Shown: positions 16,696 to 27,700 of the stretch, piece by piece | How the letters are laid out: every line of letters begins with the position of its first letter | Position numbering within the stretch: the first letter of the stretch is position 1 | Assembly (NCBI GenBank): GCA_043801165.1 | Contig: JAZDMG010000007.1 | Span: forward strand, 6,155 to 70,154 | Reading direction: 5' to 3' | DNA length: 64,000 bases | Origin: an archaeon | GTDB lineage: Archaea > Nanobdellota > Nanobdellia > Woesearchaeales > SM23-78 | Notes under the pieces: model-generated | What the model was told of the DNA's origin: nothing | The model's database searches: none | What the model saw: the letters and a program-made list of their open reading frames with translations, nothing else | Position numbers and translations under genes: made by a program

Positions 16696-17823
16696 TTGGG
16701 CTTATTCAGCAAGGGAAAGTCAAGGGATGACATAATAGCTGAAGGAATAGCCAACGCCACAGCAGAGGTAGATGCAGCCACAGCAGCGGCTGAGAAGAAA
16801 GATGAATCATTCAACTCAGGCAACCCAAAGCTAGACATGCAGATAACCATGATCAGGGCTCAGCTCGAGTCATTCAATGAGGTTAGGAAGGCTAATTCTG
16901 AAAGATTCTCAAGGCTGAGCGAGCAGATGGGCGAGCTCCGCGGCATGATAATGGACACCAACAAGACCATGTCAAAGATTGAGGTGAGCGCCACCAAAGC
17001 CATAGACCTCGTCGAGAGCGTCCAACCAGAAAAGCTCATGATTGAGATGAGAAAGCAGGAGGGAAAGATGGAATCCCTCAAGGCCAACATCGAGAGCAAC
17101 GAGGTCATGATGCATGATATCATGGATGAGCTCAAGAAGATGCGGACCCAGATGAATTTCTACAAAGGCATCGAACAGGTCACCAAGCTGAATGATGAAG
17201 TCAAGAACGAGATTCTTGAAATAAAGAAGGTAGAAGCGACCATCGAGAGGCATGCTGACAAGGGTGAGACCATATTCCTTGACCTTGAGAAGAAGATGGC
17301 TAATTTCGACCAGTTCGAGAAGAAGATTAGTGAAGTGGAGGACACATTCCACGGTGTCCAGCAGGATTTTGACAAGATGAAGCTCCAAGTGGTCAACAAG
17401 GCCGAGAAGAAAGAATTCCTTGGCCTGATGGATAAGTTCAGCGAGTTCGAGAAGCACACAGGAGATGTCCTCAGGCTGCTTGATGAGCGTTCCAAGGGCG
17501 CAAAGGTCGAGATCAGGGATACGCTTGACAGGATCAAGGAGCAGATGAGAAAGAAGCATGGCATAGTGATAAGCGATGTCACCCAAAGCAGCTCACGGCT
17601 GCCATCTGACTTTACTGATGGCGGCAAGGGCCAGGCAGCCGCTGGTGCTGAAGGAGACAAATCAACCAGTGAGGGACAGAAAGCTGCTGGTACAGAGCCG
17701 GCAAAGAATCCCTTCAGCTTCAGGCATATAATAAGCAAGACCATCAGCGGAGAGGAGAGAAAGGACGAAGGAATCAAAGAAGCGACCGAGCCGAGCGCAG
17801 AGCCTGACGAGCCGAAACCATAG
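16696..17823 (+). CDS. Long coiled-coil protein with disordered acidic C-terminus
   Basis: 375 aa with a TTG start 7 nt after the strong SD AAGAGGTGA. Heptad-rich throughout; the tail is rich in G/A/E/P. Confidence 0.65.
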   Translation: MGLFSKGKSRDDIIAEGIANATAEVDAATAAAEKKDESFNSGNPKLDMQITMIRAQLESFNEVRKANSERFSRLSEQMGELRGMIMDTNKTMSKIEVSATKAIDLVESVQPEKLMIEMRKQEGKMESLKANIESNEVMMHDIMDELKKMRTQMNFYKGIEQVTKLNDEVKNEILEIKKVEATIERHADKGETIFLDLEKKMANFDQFEKKISEVEDTFHGVQQDFDKMKLQVVNKAEKKEFLGLMDKFSEFEKHTGDVLRLLDERSKGAKVEIRDTLDRIKEQMRKKHGIVISDVTQSSSRLPSDFTDGGKGQAAAGAEGDKSTSEGQKAAGTEPAKNPFSFRHIISKTISGEERKDEGIKEATEPSAEPDEPKP

Positions 17824-18158
17824 GAGTAGGTCTCATTTTCTTAATCTTGACAGAAAGGCTTAAATACTGACACGAATACTTCTTTTTCAGGGGGATTTTA
17901 GGGGGTAGATAATTTGTCATTTCCAACATTGTTTTATCCATTGTGTTCTATCAAGATATCCTGATTTTTCTTAGGCCAGAATTTGATTATATTCTACAAG
18001 ATATAATTATATATCTGCAAACATCCAACAGGCTTAAAAATAGAAATATTTATAAATAATATCGACTAACAACACAGATATCATTATATTATTTAAAGTA
18101 TAACATCGAAAAAGCGCAATATGATGATGCGAAGACCAGGGGAAGGGGTTTTGCAAGG

Positions 18159-18752
18159 GTGATCGGCAACCCTCTTGAACAGGACATAATAGAGCTGTAC
18201 TCAGACAACATTAGTTCTATATATAGCATCAACCAGATAGCAGGCAAGCTGGGCAAGAAGTACCCCTACATCAACAAGAAAGTAAGTCTTCTGATAAAGA
18301 ACAGGATCTTCAAGAAGATTGTCGTCGGCAGGTCCTACCTGTGCTCCCTCAACCTGAGGAACGACGAGACAATATACCTCCTAATCCTTAACGAGATAAA
18401 GAGGAAGAAAGCAGAGCTTGAAGCCCATCCCAAACTCCAGGGGACAATGGATTACCTGGACAAGGTAAAAAAAACAATCCCAATCCAGCTTGTAATCAAA
18501 AGCAAGGAGAACCTTTTCTTTGTGTTCGAGGGATCAGATGACAAGGAGCGGTTCGAGAAAGGCACTTTCAAGCAGCTATTCTCCCATTACCAGATGGAGG
18601 CGCTGACAAAGGAGAGCTTCCTTGCCATGCTCGTGGAGGACAAGGATATCCAGGAGAATCACATAATACTCCACGGATTCGAGAAATACTACGCCTATCT
18701 GAAGGAGATTGAGACAGAGCTTAACCTGAAGTATTCTAAATTGATGCCGTAA
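18159..18752 (+). CDS. Winged-helix-like regulator, paralogue of 54475-54990
   Basis: 197 aa with a GTG start. IYSINQIAGKLGKKYPYINKKVSLLIKNRIFKKIVVGRSYLCSLNLRNDETIYLL aligns with LTINQLSKSIKKSYAFTNQHAHALMKSNILNRKAVGSAILCLLNLKNEETIAHL in the paralogue. The stop lies 1 nt before the giant gene's ATG. Confidence 0.6.
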   Translation: MIGNPLEQDIIELYSDNISSIYSINQIAGKLGKKYPYINKKVSLLIKNRIFKKIVVGRSYLCSLNLRNDETIYLLILNEIKRKKAELEAHPKLQGTMDYLDKVKKTIPIQLVIKSKENLFFVFEGSDDKERFEKGTFKQLFSHYQMEALTKESFLAMLVEDKDIQENHIILHGFEKYYAYLKEIETELNLKYSKLMP

Positions 18753-18753
18753 A

Positions 18754-21700
18754 ATGAAGAGAGCAAAAGCCAGTAGGAAAGCGAAAAACAAGATGAGAGC
18801 ATGGCCAGAGAGGCGAGCCACGGTAGCGACAGCCAGGCCCATGCTATTCACAGCCATATGCATCATGCTGTTCCTGCTCAGCAGCGCTCCTCTCCTAGGA
18901 GAGAATCCGCCTACTGAAAAAAGGCTCTACCTATCTGTGGAGAAGCCAAGCTTCAGCATAGGCGAGTCCATCATGCTGATAATAACAGGTGATTCATTAA
19001 GTGATTATGAGATGGTACTGAGCTCTGCCAGCACCAATTACAAGTATAATGGAGAGCTGAAGAACAACATCGCATTCTATCCGCGAGAGGCAGGTGTGCA
19101 TCGCGCAGAGCTCATAAGCAAGCTGACAAAGCAGCCGATCGATTCATTGGAGTTCATGGTAGGATCATCTGCTGCTTCAGAATCACAAGCCAACACATCC
19201 GACCAGGACCAAACATCAAATCCTAGTGGCACGGCTTCAGAATCAGGTGAATCAGAGCCTTCAGGCTCGCCAGTGATTGTCCTGAACAAGCAGAGATATT
19301 TATTGGGAGAGCAGGTGAATGTCAGCATACGCATAGCCCTTGAAGAGCAGCAGGATTATAGGCTCTACTACGAATACGAAGGCCTTAGCCAGAGATACAT
19401 GGGTGACTTCTCAGCCATAAGCTTTGCTCCCCTTGGGATCGGAACCCATCATCTGGTGCTGAAGAGCAGCGATAATGCTATAATCGCACAGTCGAGTTTC
19501 GAAGTGTCAGAGGCGATCGCATCTATCAAGAATGATATCAAAGATGAAAAAGACAATGCTAGTGCTAAAATCCAAGGAGATGAAGCATTCTTGAAGAGGG
19601 TGCTGAATGTCCGCGACAGCTCAGGAACAAAGGAAACCTTCTATGTCAGTATGATTAGAAAAGCACCTGCAGAATCACCAATCGAACCAACAACGAAAAA
19701 AACAGGGCTGAGCGGAAATGGAACTGACCTGACTAACAGCACAAGAAACAACAGCATCGACCAGAACACGACCGCGGCCTATGACCTGTATGACCTGGAG
19801 CTGACCATCACAGGAAAAGCGGTCAGCAGGATAACACTCAACAACCTAAGGCTGAGCAATGATTCCAACATATCGATGGGCATCGATGATGTTCCTTTGG
19901 AAAAGGCAAGCTCAGCCAAGATGAGAGCAGTCAAGGCATTCGCCATAGACCCATCACATCTTGATTTCACAGACGGCTCAGCCACATTGATAGCCACAGG
20001 TAGAGAGCTGTGGAAATGCAAGGATTGGTCTTTCGATAGCCAGAGCTGTGCAGGCAGCTGGAGTAAAGTGATGGAACTGACTCCAGGCCAGGAATATAGC
20101 ATAGCATTGAGCCCTGAGGACCCTGGCTACGCAGAGACTGGAGTGGCCAGCATCAACACAAGGAAGTCAACATATCATCCTGGCGAGAGCGCCGAGATAA
20201 TAATAGTGGTGCTTGATAACCAAGGCCGTCTGACCTCTGATGCTAGCGTCGAGCTGGCGATAACATTGCCGGACAACCAAAGCAATCTTTTTTCCACATC
20301 AGCAGGCACCTTGTCTTCAGAGCAGAAAGGAATCTTCACAGCAACATTCGACCAGACAGGCAAGGAAGGCGATTACATAATGGTTGTCAATGCTCTTGGA
20401 GCGAATGTGAACAGCACAATGATATCATCATTCACAGTGAGCTCCTACTATGAGTTCGACATCATCAGGGATGCTCCTGTGGTGATCGACCCGTGGCAAG
20501 GGCCATTCACATCAAGGATAAGATTAATATCATTTGTTGCCAACTCATCAAACCAGAGCTTTGACCTCGTGGAAGTGATGCCTGCCAGTTTCAACATAAC
20601 AGACTCTGGCGGAGGGACAGAGAGCATCGCCAACAACACAAAACAGCTGAGATGGTACGGTCTCACGAATGATTCTGAGGTAAGCTACTCTGTGCAGGCG
20701 CCGCTGGTGACGCCAGAGCTCTACAATTTAGGGCAGAGCATGGTGATATACGATGCGATCGGATCAAATGGGACGAACGGGTCAAGCGCGACTTTCACAG
20801 AGGCCAGGCCCTGGTACCTGGCAGCAGACCCTGCATTCGTAGGATCATTCTTCATGCTCTGGGATAATACTTCAAATGCCCCTTCAGGATGGACCTGCGT
20901 CTCATGCGTCGCAGGAGATCCTTTCTACAGCAGGCTCATAAGGGGAGACCCTAGCTATGGAAGCACAGGAGGCCAAACAGGCCACAGCCACACAATCGCC
21001 TACCAAAGTGAGACTCTTGGAGATCCTATAATCTACGCTAGCTCAGGAGGAACTTCAGGAGGGGCAAGGGCTTCAGGAGGCCACACTCATGAGGGGATAG
21101 ACGCAACCACAACAGGGACTGCTTCCAACTTCCCTAGCTTCAGGCAGCTGAAGGTGATAGCTTACACGAACGGTCTTCCCTCAGCGATACCCACAGGAGC
21201 AATAGGAATATTCAACACAACAAGCCTGCCGGCTGATTGGACCAGATATTCTGCTGAAGATGGCTATTTCATCCTTGGAAATGGGACATCAAATGTGACC
21301 GGCGGTTCAAACAACCACAGCCATTCCATCAGCATAACCACATCAACATCATCAGGCACCAGCACCGCTAGAACCGGAGGGACACAATTACCTGTCGGAG
21401 CCAGTGGTCACACCCATACAGCGACAGGAAACACCAACACGACTGAGAACATACCTTTATATGTTGACGTCATACTTGCAAAGGCAACAACAAACACAGC
21501 GATACCCTATGGCCAGGGATTCATAGGAATGTTCAACAGCAGCGTAGGAGATGGCTGGGTCAACATGTCCCAGAGCGGCCAGCCATTCTACCATATGATG
21601 ATAAGAGCCAATAATGTCTCTGGAGCAACTGGCGGCAATAACCAGAGCACACATGCCAACACAACGGTGACAACCGGAGCGCCAGGCACTGGCAATACAA

Positions 21701-24700
21701 GATCAGGCAGCGGCAGGAACTTCTCAGATCCGAGTCACACGCACGAAATAGGGATATCATTCAACACAACCAGCCACCTGCCGTCGTATATCAATGTGGT
21801 ATTCGGCTATGCGAACAGCACGCCGCCCTCAGTTCCGACGATAAACACAACCCAATGCTATAGCCCAGGATTCGGCTGGATAAATTGCACCACCTTGGCT
21901 TTCAACAGCAACTTCACCAGCGTAAGGACAAGATGCACATCTAACAATGGCGTGCTGATAAATAATGTTTCATTCATATTCATCAATCAGGAAGACAACA
22001 AGACATTCTTCAACGTGACAACGACAGACAACAGCACAGGCTACTGGACCTATGACATAGACGACATACTGATCCAAGACTCTGGAAGCATGAATCTCTC
22101 AGTCATATGCCGGGATAGCATGGAATCGAACCAGACCATCTCATGGTCAATCCCCTGGGGAACATTATCATCCTCATTGATAAACCCGACAAGCAACAGG
22201 AATGTATCACAGAACAAGTTCTTCAACTTCACAGCAAGGATCGCCTGCAGCGGAGGAGAATGCGGCTACATCAAGGCAACATTAGACCCTGAGACCATGT
22301 GGTGGAACAGGAGCTGGAAGAACAGGAAACAGGTCTACATCAACACCACCAACCTGCTGCCAGCAAGATATACCGTCGAGACCAACATGAGCACCACAGG
22401 CAACGGGTTCCTGAGCAACAACAATGATGTAAGGGTCGTGTACTGGAACGGCACAGCGAACATAGAGATTGACAGGCACATACTGAACAACAACACAGCG
22501 AACGCAACCATATTCTTCGCGATACAGAGCAACATATCAGCAGGCACGACAAACAACACCGCCTATTATATCTACTACAATAATTCTGCCGCATCGACGC
22601 CTCCAAAGAACCTAAGCAGGATATTAGTCTATGCAGCAGACTTCGAGAGCGGCACCGAATCATGGACCGTGGCAGGCCAATCATACACCTGGGAGCGGGC
22701 CAGCGACCTTCTTGGAGCAAGCGTCACTGGGTGCAGAGGAAGTGATTGTGACGAACCAGCAAGAGCCATCTCAGGCGATTACGCCTGGGGGACCAACATC
22801 GGAGGGATATATCCAAACGACGCAAGCACTTGGGGATATGTGCAATCGACAGCGATGGACCTGTCAGCATACGCCGCAGAGAATCTCACTCTTTCATACT
22901 TCAAGGCATGGCAGCTTGAGGGAGCAAGCTATGATTACGCGAGGATAAGGATATCGAATAGCTCAGCATTCACGACAGCGACCACCATAGAGACATTCAA
23001 CCCAGCAACAGGCTGCGACGCAACATGCCCATACTATGATTGGTCAACCACCAAAGCCAACGTAAGCGCATACGACACAAACCTGTACATAAGATTTGAA
23101 ATGCAGACAGATACTGGCTGGCAATGGACAGGATTATACTTTGATTTCATAACAGTGAGGATAAACACCTCCAGCGCCCCAGCGGTAGGAATTGGCGCTG
23201 CCCAGAGCGAAATCAAAGGAGCTGTACCTGTGGGTTCAGGGACGCCATTCTACACGACAAATGCAAACCCGATGTATGCTGTGGACAATGACTGCCTCGG
23301 CAACATGATGCCTGGAAGCAGTTGCAACACGACCTGGATGGTGAACGCAACAGGCAACATAAATTCCACCTGGACCTTCTTCGCGACCTATGAGTCAGAG
23401 AACTACTCATCCTACGTCAGCCAATCAGCCACTTCGTCAATCAACATAACTATCCTTGATATGGTGCCCCCATCGATCAGCAACATCCAGTGCTATAAAA
23501 TAGGGACTGGATGGACTGCCTGCTCGAATATCCTCTTCAACAGCAACCTGACGGATATAAGGGCGCAGTGCAGTTCTGGAGAAGGAGCGAACATAACCAA
23601 TGTGACATTCACCCTCTCGAACAAGGATGACAACAAGACAATATTTGATGTGGTGACAACTGACAACAGCACAGGCTACTGGTACTATAACCTGACCGAT
23701 ACGATAATACAGGATTCCGGAGACATGAACCTTTCGGTGACCTGCACAGACGCAGATGGCGGTGTTGGTGTGAGCAAAGTGGATTGGTCGATACCTTGGG
23801 GAACCCTCTCGGCCTTTTTGATCAATCCGACAACAAACATCAATGTCACCAGGAATAGGTTCTTCAACTTCACAGCAAAGATCAACTGCTCAGACGGAGA
23901 GTGCGGTTCGATAAATGCCAGCGCCTTGCGGAATACCAGCATCTTCGGCTCTGGCAAGGACGGAGCATTGACCGTGAGCGCGGCCAACAGCATCATAAAC
24001 AACTACACCTATCTCACAGCGAACGCATCAAACGGCACCACAGTGATAAGTGTCAACTCTGCCGCAGAGCTATCTGTCGGAGATGAGATATTGATAATCC
24101 AGATGCAGAATTTCAGCGGCGGGACTGCTGGAGTATATGAATTCGCCACCATCATATCAATAAGCAGCAACAACCTGACTCTGAACTCAAGCATACAGAA
24201 CACCTATCGTATTGGAACGCTCAATACGACCAACGCGACCGCGACCCAGGTGGTAAGAGTGCCGCAGTACTCCAACCTCACCATCAATACAGGAGCTTCA
24301 GTGACTGCGCCGGCATGGAACGGCTATCGTGGAGGTATCGTGGCCTTCAAAGCGACAGGAATCGTGAATGTCAGCGGAATCATCAACACTTCTAACCTCG
24401 GCTACAAGGGTGGGCTCGGGATAGCAGCATCAGGAGGGCCTCAGTATGCATACCAAGGTGAATCATTCAACGGGCTCGGATCTGCTGCCAATGCAGCAAA
24501 CCTTGGAGGCGGAGGAGGAGGATACAACGATCTTGGAGGAGGAGGTCTTTCTGGCGCGTCCGGAGGAGGAGGAGGCTATGCCAGCGTAGGAGACGCAGGA
24601 GACACATCTCCGGAAGGGCAAAGCGGAGGCTCTGGAGGGATTACCTATGGGAATTCCCAGCTATCACAGCTGCATCTTGGTTCTGGAGGAGCAGGAGGAG

Positions 24701-27700
24701 GATCTGACAACAATGGCGCAATTGACGGCACTGACGGAACCAGGGGTGGAGGAATCATATTCATAAAAGCCAACAGCCTCATCGTATCAGGAGCCATAGA
24801 ATCAGACGGCCAGGAGAGCACAGGAGCCTCCAACCAGTGGGCTGGTTCTGGAGGAGCAGGGTCAGGAGGGTCGGTCTATCTCTCGTCGAACAGCATGAGC
24901 ATAGGATCCTCACTGGTCTCATCTACAGGTGGCATCGGTGGATGCGGAGATACTGGGCGGTGCGGAGGAGATGGAGGTAATGGGAGGATACGCCTAGATT
25001 TCATCGGCATCTCAGGATCTCCTGCATCATCAGCAGCCTACAATGGGACATTGAATGAGACAATATTCCTGCTCATAAGCACAGCCTCGGGCGATACACC
25101 TCTGTTCACCAATGCCGCTAATCCTATGTATGCTACCAACAACAGCTGCCTCGGCAACATGATAGCAGGAAGAAGCTGCAACACGACCTGGTCAATAAAC
25201 GCGACCGGAGAGACATATTCTTCATGGATGATATTCGCATCCTACAGCTCGCTCAACCTATCATGGCTCAAGGTGAACACCAGCAGGGTGAACATCACCA
25301 TAATCCCTAATCTGGCGCCAAGTGTCACATCAGTGGTGATAGTCCCTGACAGGCCAAGGTTTGATCAGGACCTTAACTGCACATTCACAGTATCAGACCC
25401 TAACCTCGAGGATTCACTATCAGCGAACGTAAGCTGGTTCAGGGATGGGGCGCTGGTGTCATCAGCTCTTGTCAGTGTGACCCAGAATGTGTCAAAGGTC
25501 GAGACATTGGGCTATGGAAATCTCACAGCTGGTGAGGTGTGGTGGTGTGGGATCACGCCATCCGATGGCCTTCTATCCGGAAACCAGGTCAATTCCTCCA
25601 ATGTGACCATTCTCGCATCAATGCCTCCAGATGTAAGCAACATCGAATGCCAGAGGAACAGGGCGATCTGGGTGAGCTGCCCCAGCATGGCCTTCAACCA
25701 AAACATCACTGCCGTGAGGGCGATATGCTCAGACACAGATGGATACGTAGTCAATGCAACATTCAGCCTTTCCAACATAGAGGATTCCAAGACATTCTTT
25801 ACAGACACAACAACCGACAACAGCAGCGGCTATTTCACGCTTGACAATCCAGACATCACCATAACCGATTCAGGGATCTTCAACCTAAGCGTCAGCTGCA
25901 TGGATAATAATGACACCGAGGGTTATGGAAACTCAACCTGGCTGGTGCCCTGGGGAACCCTGATCGCGTCCCTTGTGGATCCGTCGGCTGATGCCAATGT
26001 GACAAGGAACCGGTTCTTCAACTTCACCGCCATGATCAACTGCTCCGGAGGAGAATGCGGGTACATAAACGCGACGCTAGACCCGACCAACTGGTGGAAC
26101 TCATCATGGGGCTATAGAATCACAATAGCACTTTCTGAGATGGCCAATCGGAATCTCAGCCTCTACCAATTCAAAGTAAACATCAGCACCCAGGCTCTCA
26201 TAGGCGCCGGAAAGATGAATGCTGACTGCAGCGACATAAGATTCATCAGCAACACATCAAAGCAGTTAGACTACTGGATAGAATCAGGATGCAACACGAC
26301 AGGCACAATAATTTGGGTCGTGAATAACCTGAGCGCGAAAGCGAATACGACCATGAACATGTATTATGGGAATCCCGATGCCGGCGCCCAAAGCAACGCG
26401 ACCAAAACCATGTTCCTATATGAGGACATGAGCAGTGCACCTGGCGGATCGCTCACTGGAAACGCCACCTATATCGACGCGACATGGGGCGTCAGGCTGA
26501 CCGTTGCAGCCAATGACCTGTTGGGATACCTATATTACATAAAGAATCCAGGCGTAGGATTCTACGGATACTATGAGACCTGGGCTGGCGGAGGCTCAGG
26601 AGCAGACGCCACCTGGATCGGGGTGCATGACAACTCAGCAAGCTCAGCAAGAGAGGACGTAGTTGATGGAGGCTATCACTTCACCGTAGATGAGTATGGG
26701 ACCAATGGAAATAACGGCAGAATCGCCTTCACCAAGAGCACAGTTGACAACGGAGCGCCAATCGCCTCCTGGACTAACAACAATCTTGACGACTCAGCCT
26801 GGCATACGCTAGAGGTTTATTTCTACAACAATGGCACAACCGCCAATGCAGAGCTCTATTATGACGGGGTCCTGAGAGTTAATGGAACCGACAGCTCTCC
26901 TCAGAGCACGAGCGGTAATTACATGAGCTTCGCAGGAAGGACAGGAGGAGAGACAAACCAGCACTACATCAGGAAGATAATAATAAGGAAATACGTTGAC
27001 CCGGAACCGACTGTGACACTTGGCGATGAAGTGCAGCAGACTAAGGGAATAATCCCCATGGGCAACGGCACACCGTTCTACACCATAACAGCCAACCCCA
27101 TGTATGCTGCCAACAACAGCTGCCTAGGCAACATGAACATGGCATCAGAAAACAGCTGCAACACAACATGGGAAGTAAATGCGACAGGCAACACAGGCAT
27201 CCCCTGGGAGTTCTTTGTGACCTACAGCTCGCTGAACTATTCAAGCTACGTAACCATAAACATCACCCGAAGAATAAATATAACTATTGTAAACAACACC
27301 GCACCCCGAGTGTCTGCCATCCTGTTGACTCCTGAATATCCCCTCCCGACAGAGGACCTCAACTGCACCTTCACAGTGTCTGATTCAAACCTCGGCGATT
27401 CTCTCAGCGCAAACATCACATGGTACCTGAACAACACAGCATACAGCTCTGTGAACTTGAGCGTAGGTAATGGAGTGTCTCAGTCAGTGATACTAGGCTT
27501 CGGCAACATCTCGTTGGGCCAAATCTGGCATTGCGGGGCCACTCCATCAGACGGAGAGGTCTTCGGAGCCCAGGTCAACTCATCGAACGTCACCGTAGTG
27601 CTCAGCAAGCCGCCAGTCATCAATCAGGTCCAATGCTACATCAACGGCTCGACATGGACCAACTGCTCAAAGCTAAGCTTCAAGTCAAACCTCTCTGGCG

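Noticed and set aside
16696-16730. The N-terminus MGLFSKGKSRDD of the 375-aa coiled-coil protein recalls ESCRT-III/PspA N-termini
   Set aside because: The match covers only a few residues. The remainder is generic coiled coil of the wrong length. No call is possible without a profile search.
15831-17777. Several 190-205-aa minus-strand ORFs (15831-16403, 16972-17586, 17160-17777)
   Set aside because: They are antisense to E/K-rich coiled-coil genes. GAA/AAG-rich coding DNA gives long stop-free S/L/F-rich antisense frames. None has an SD or promoter context.
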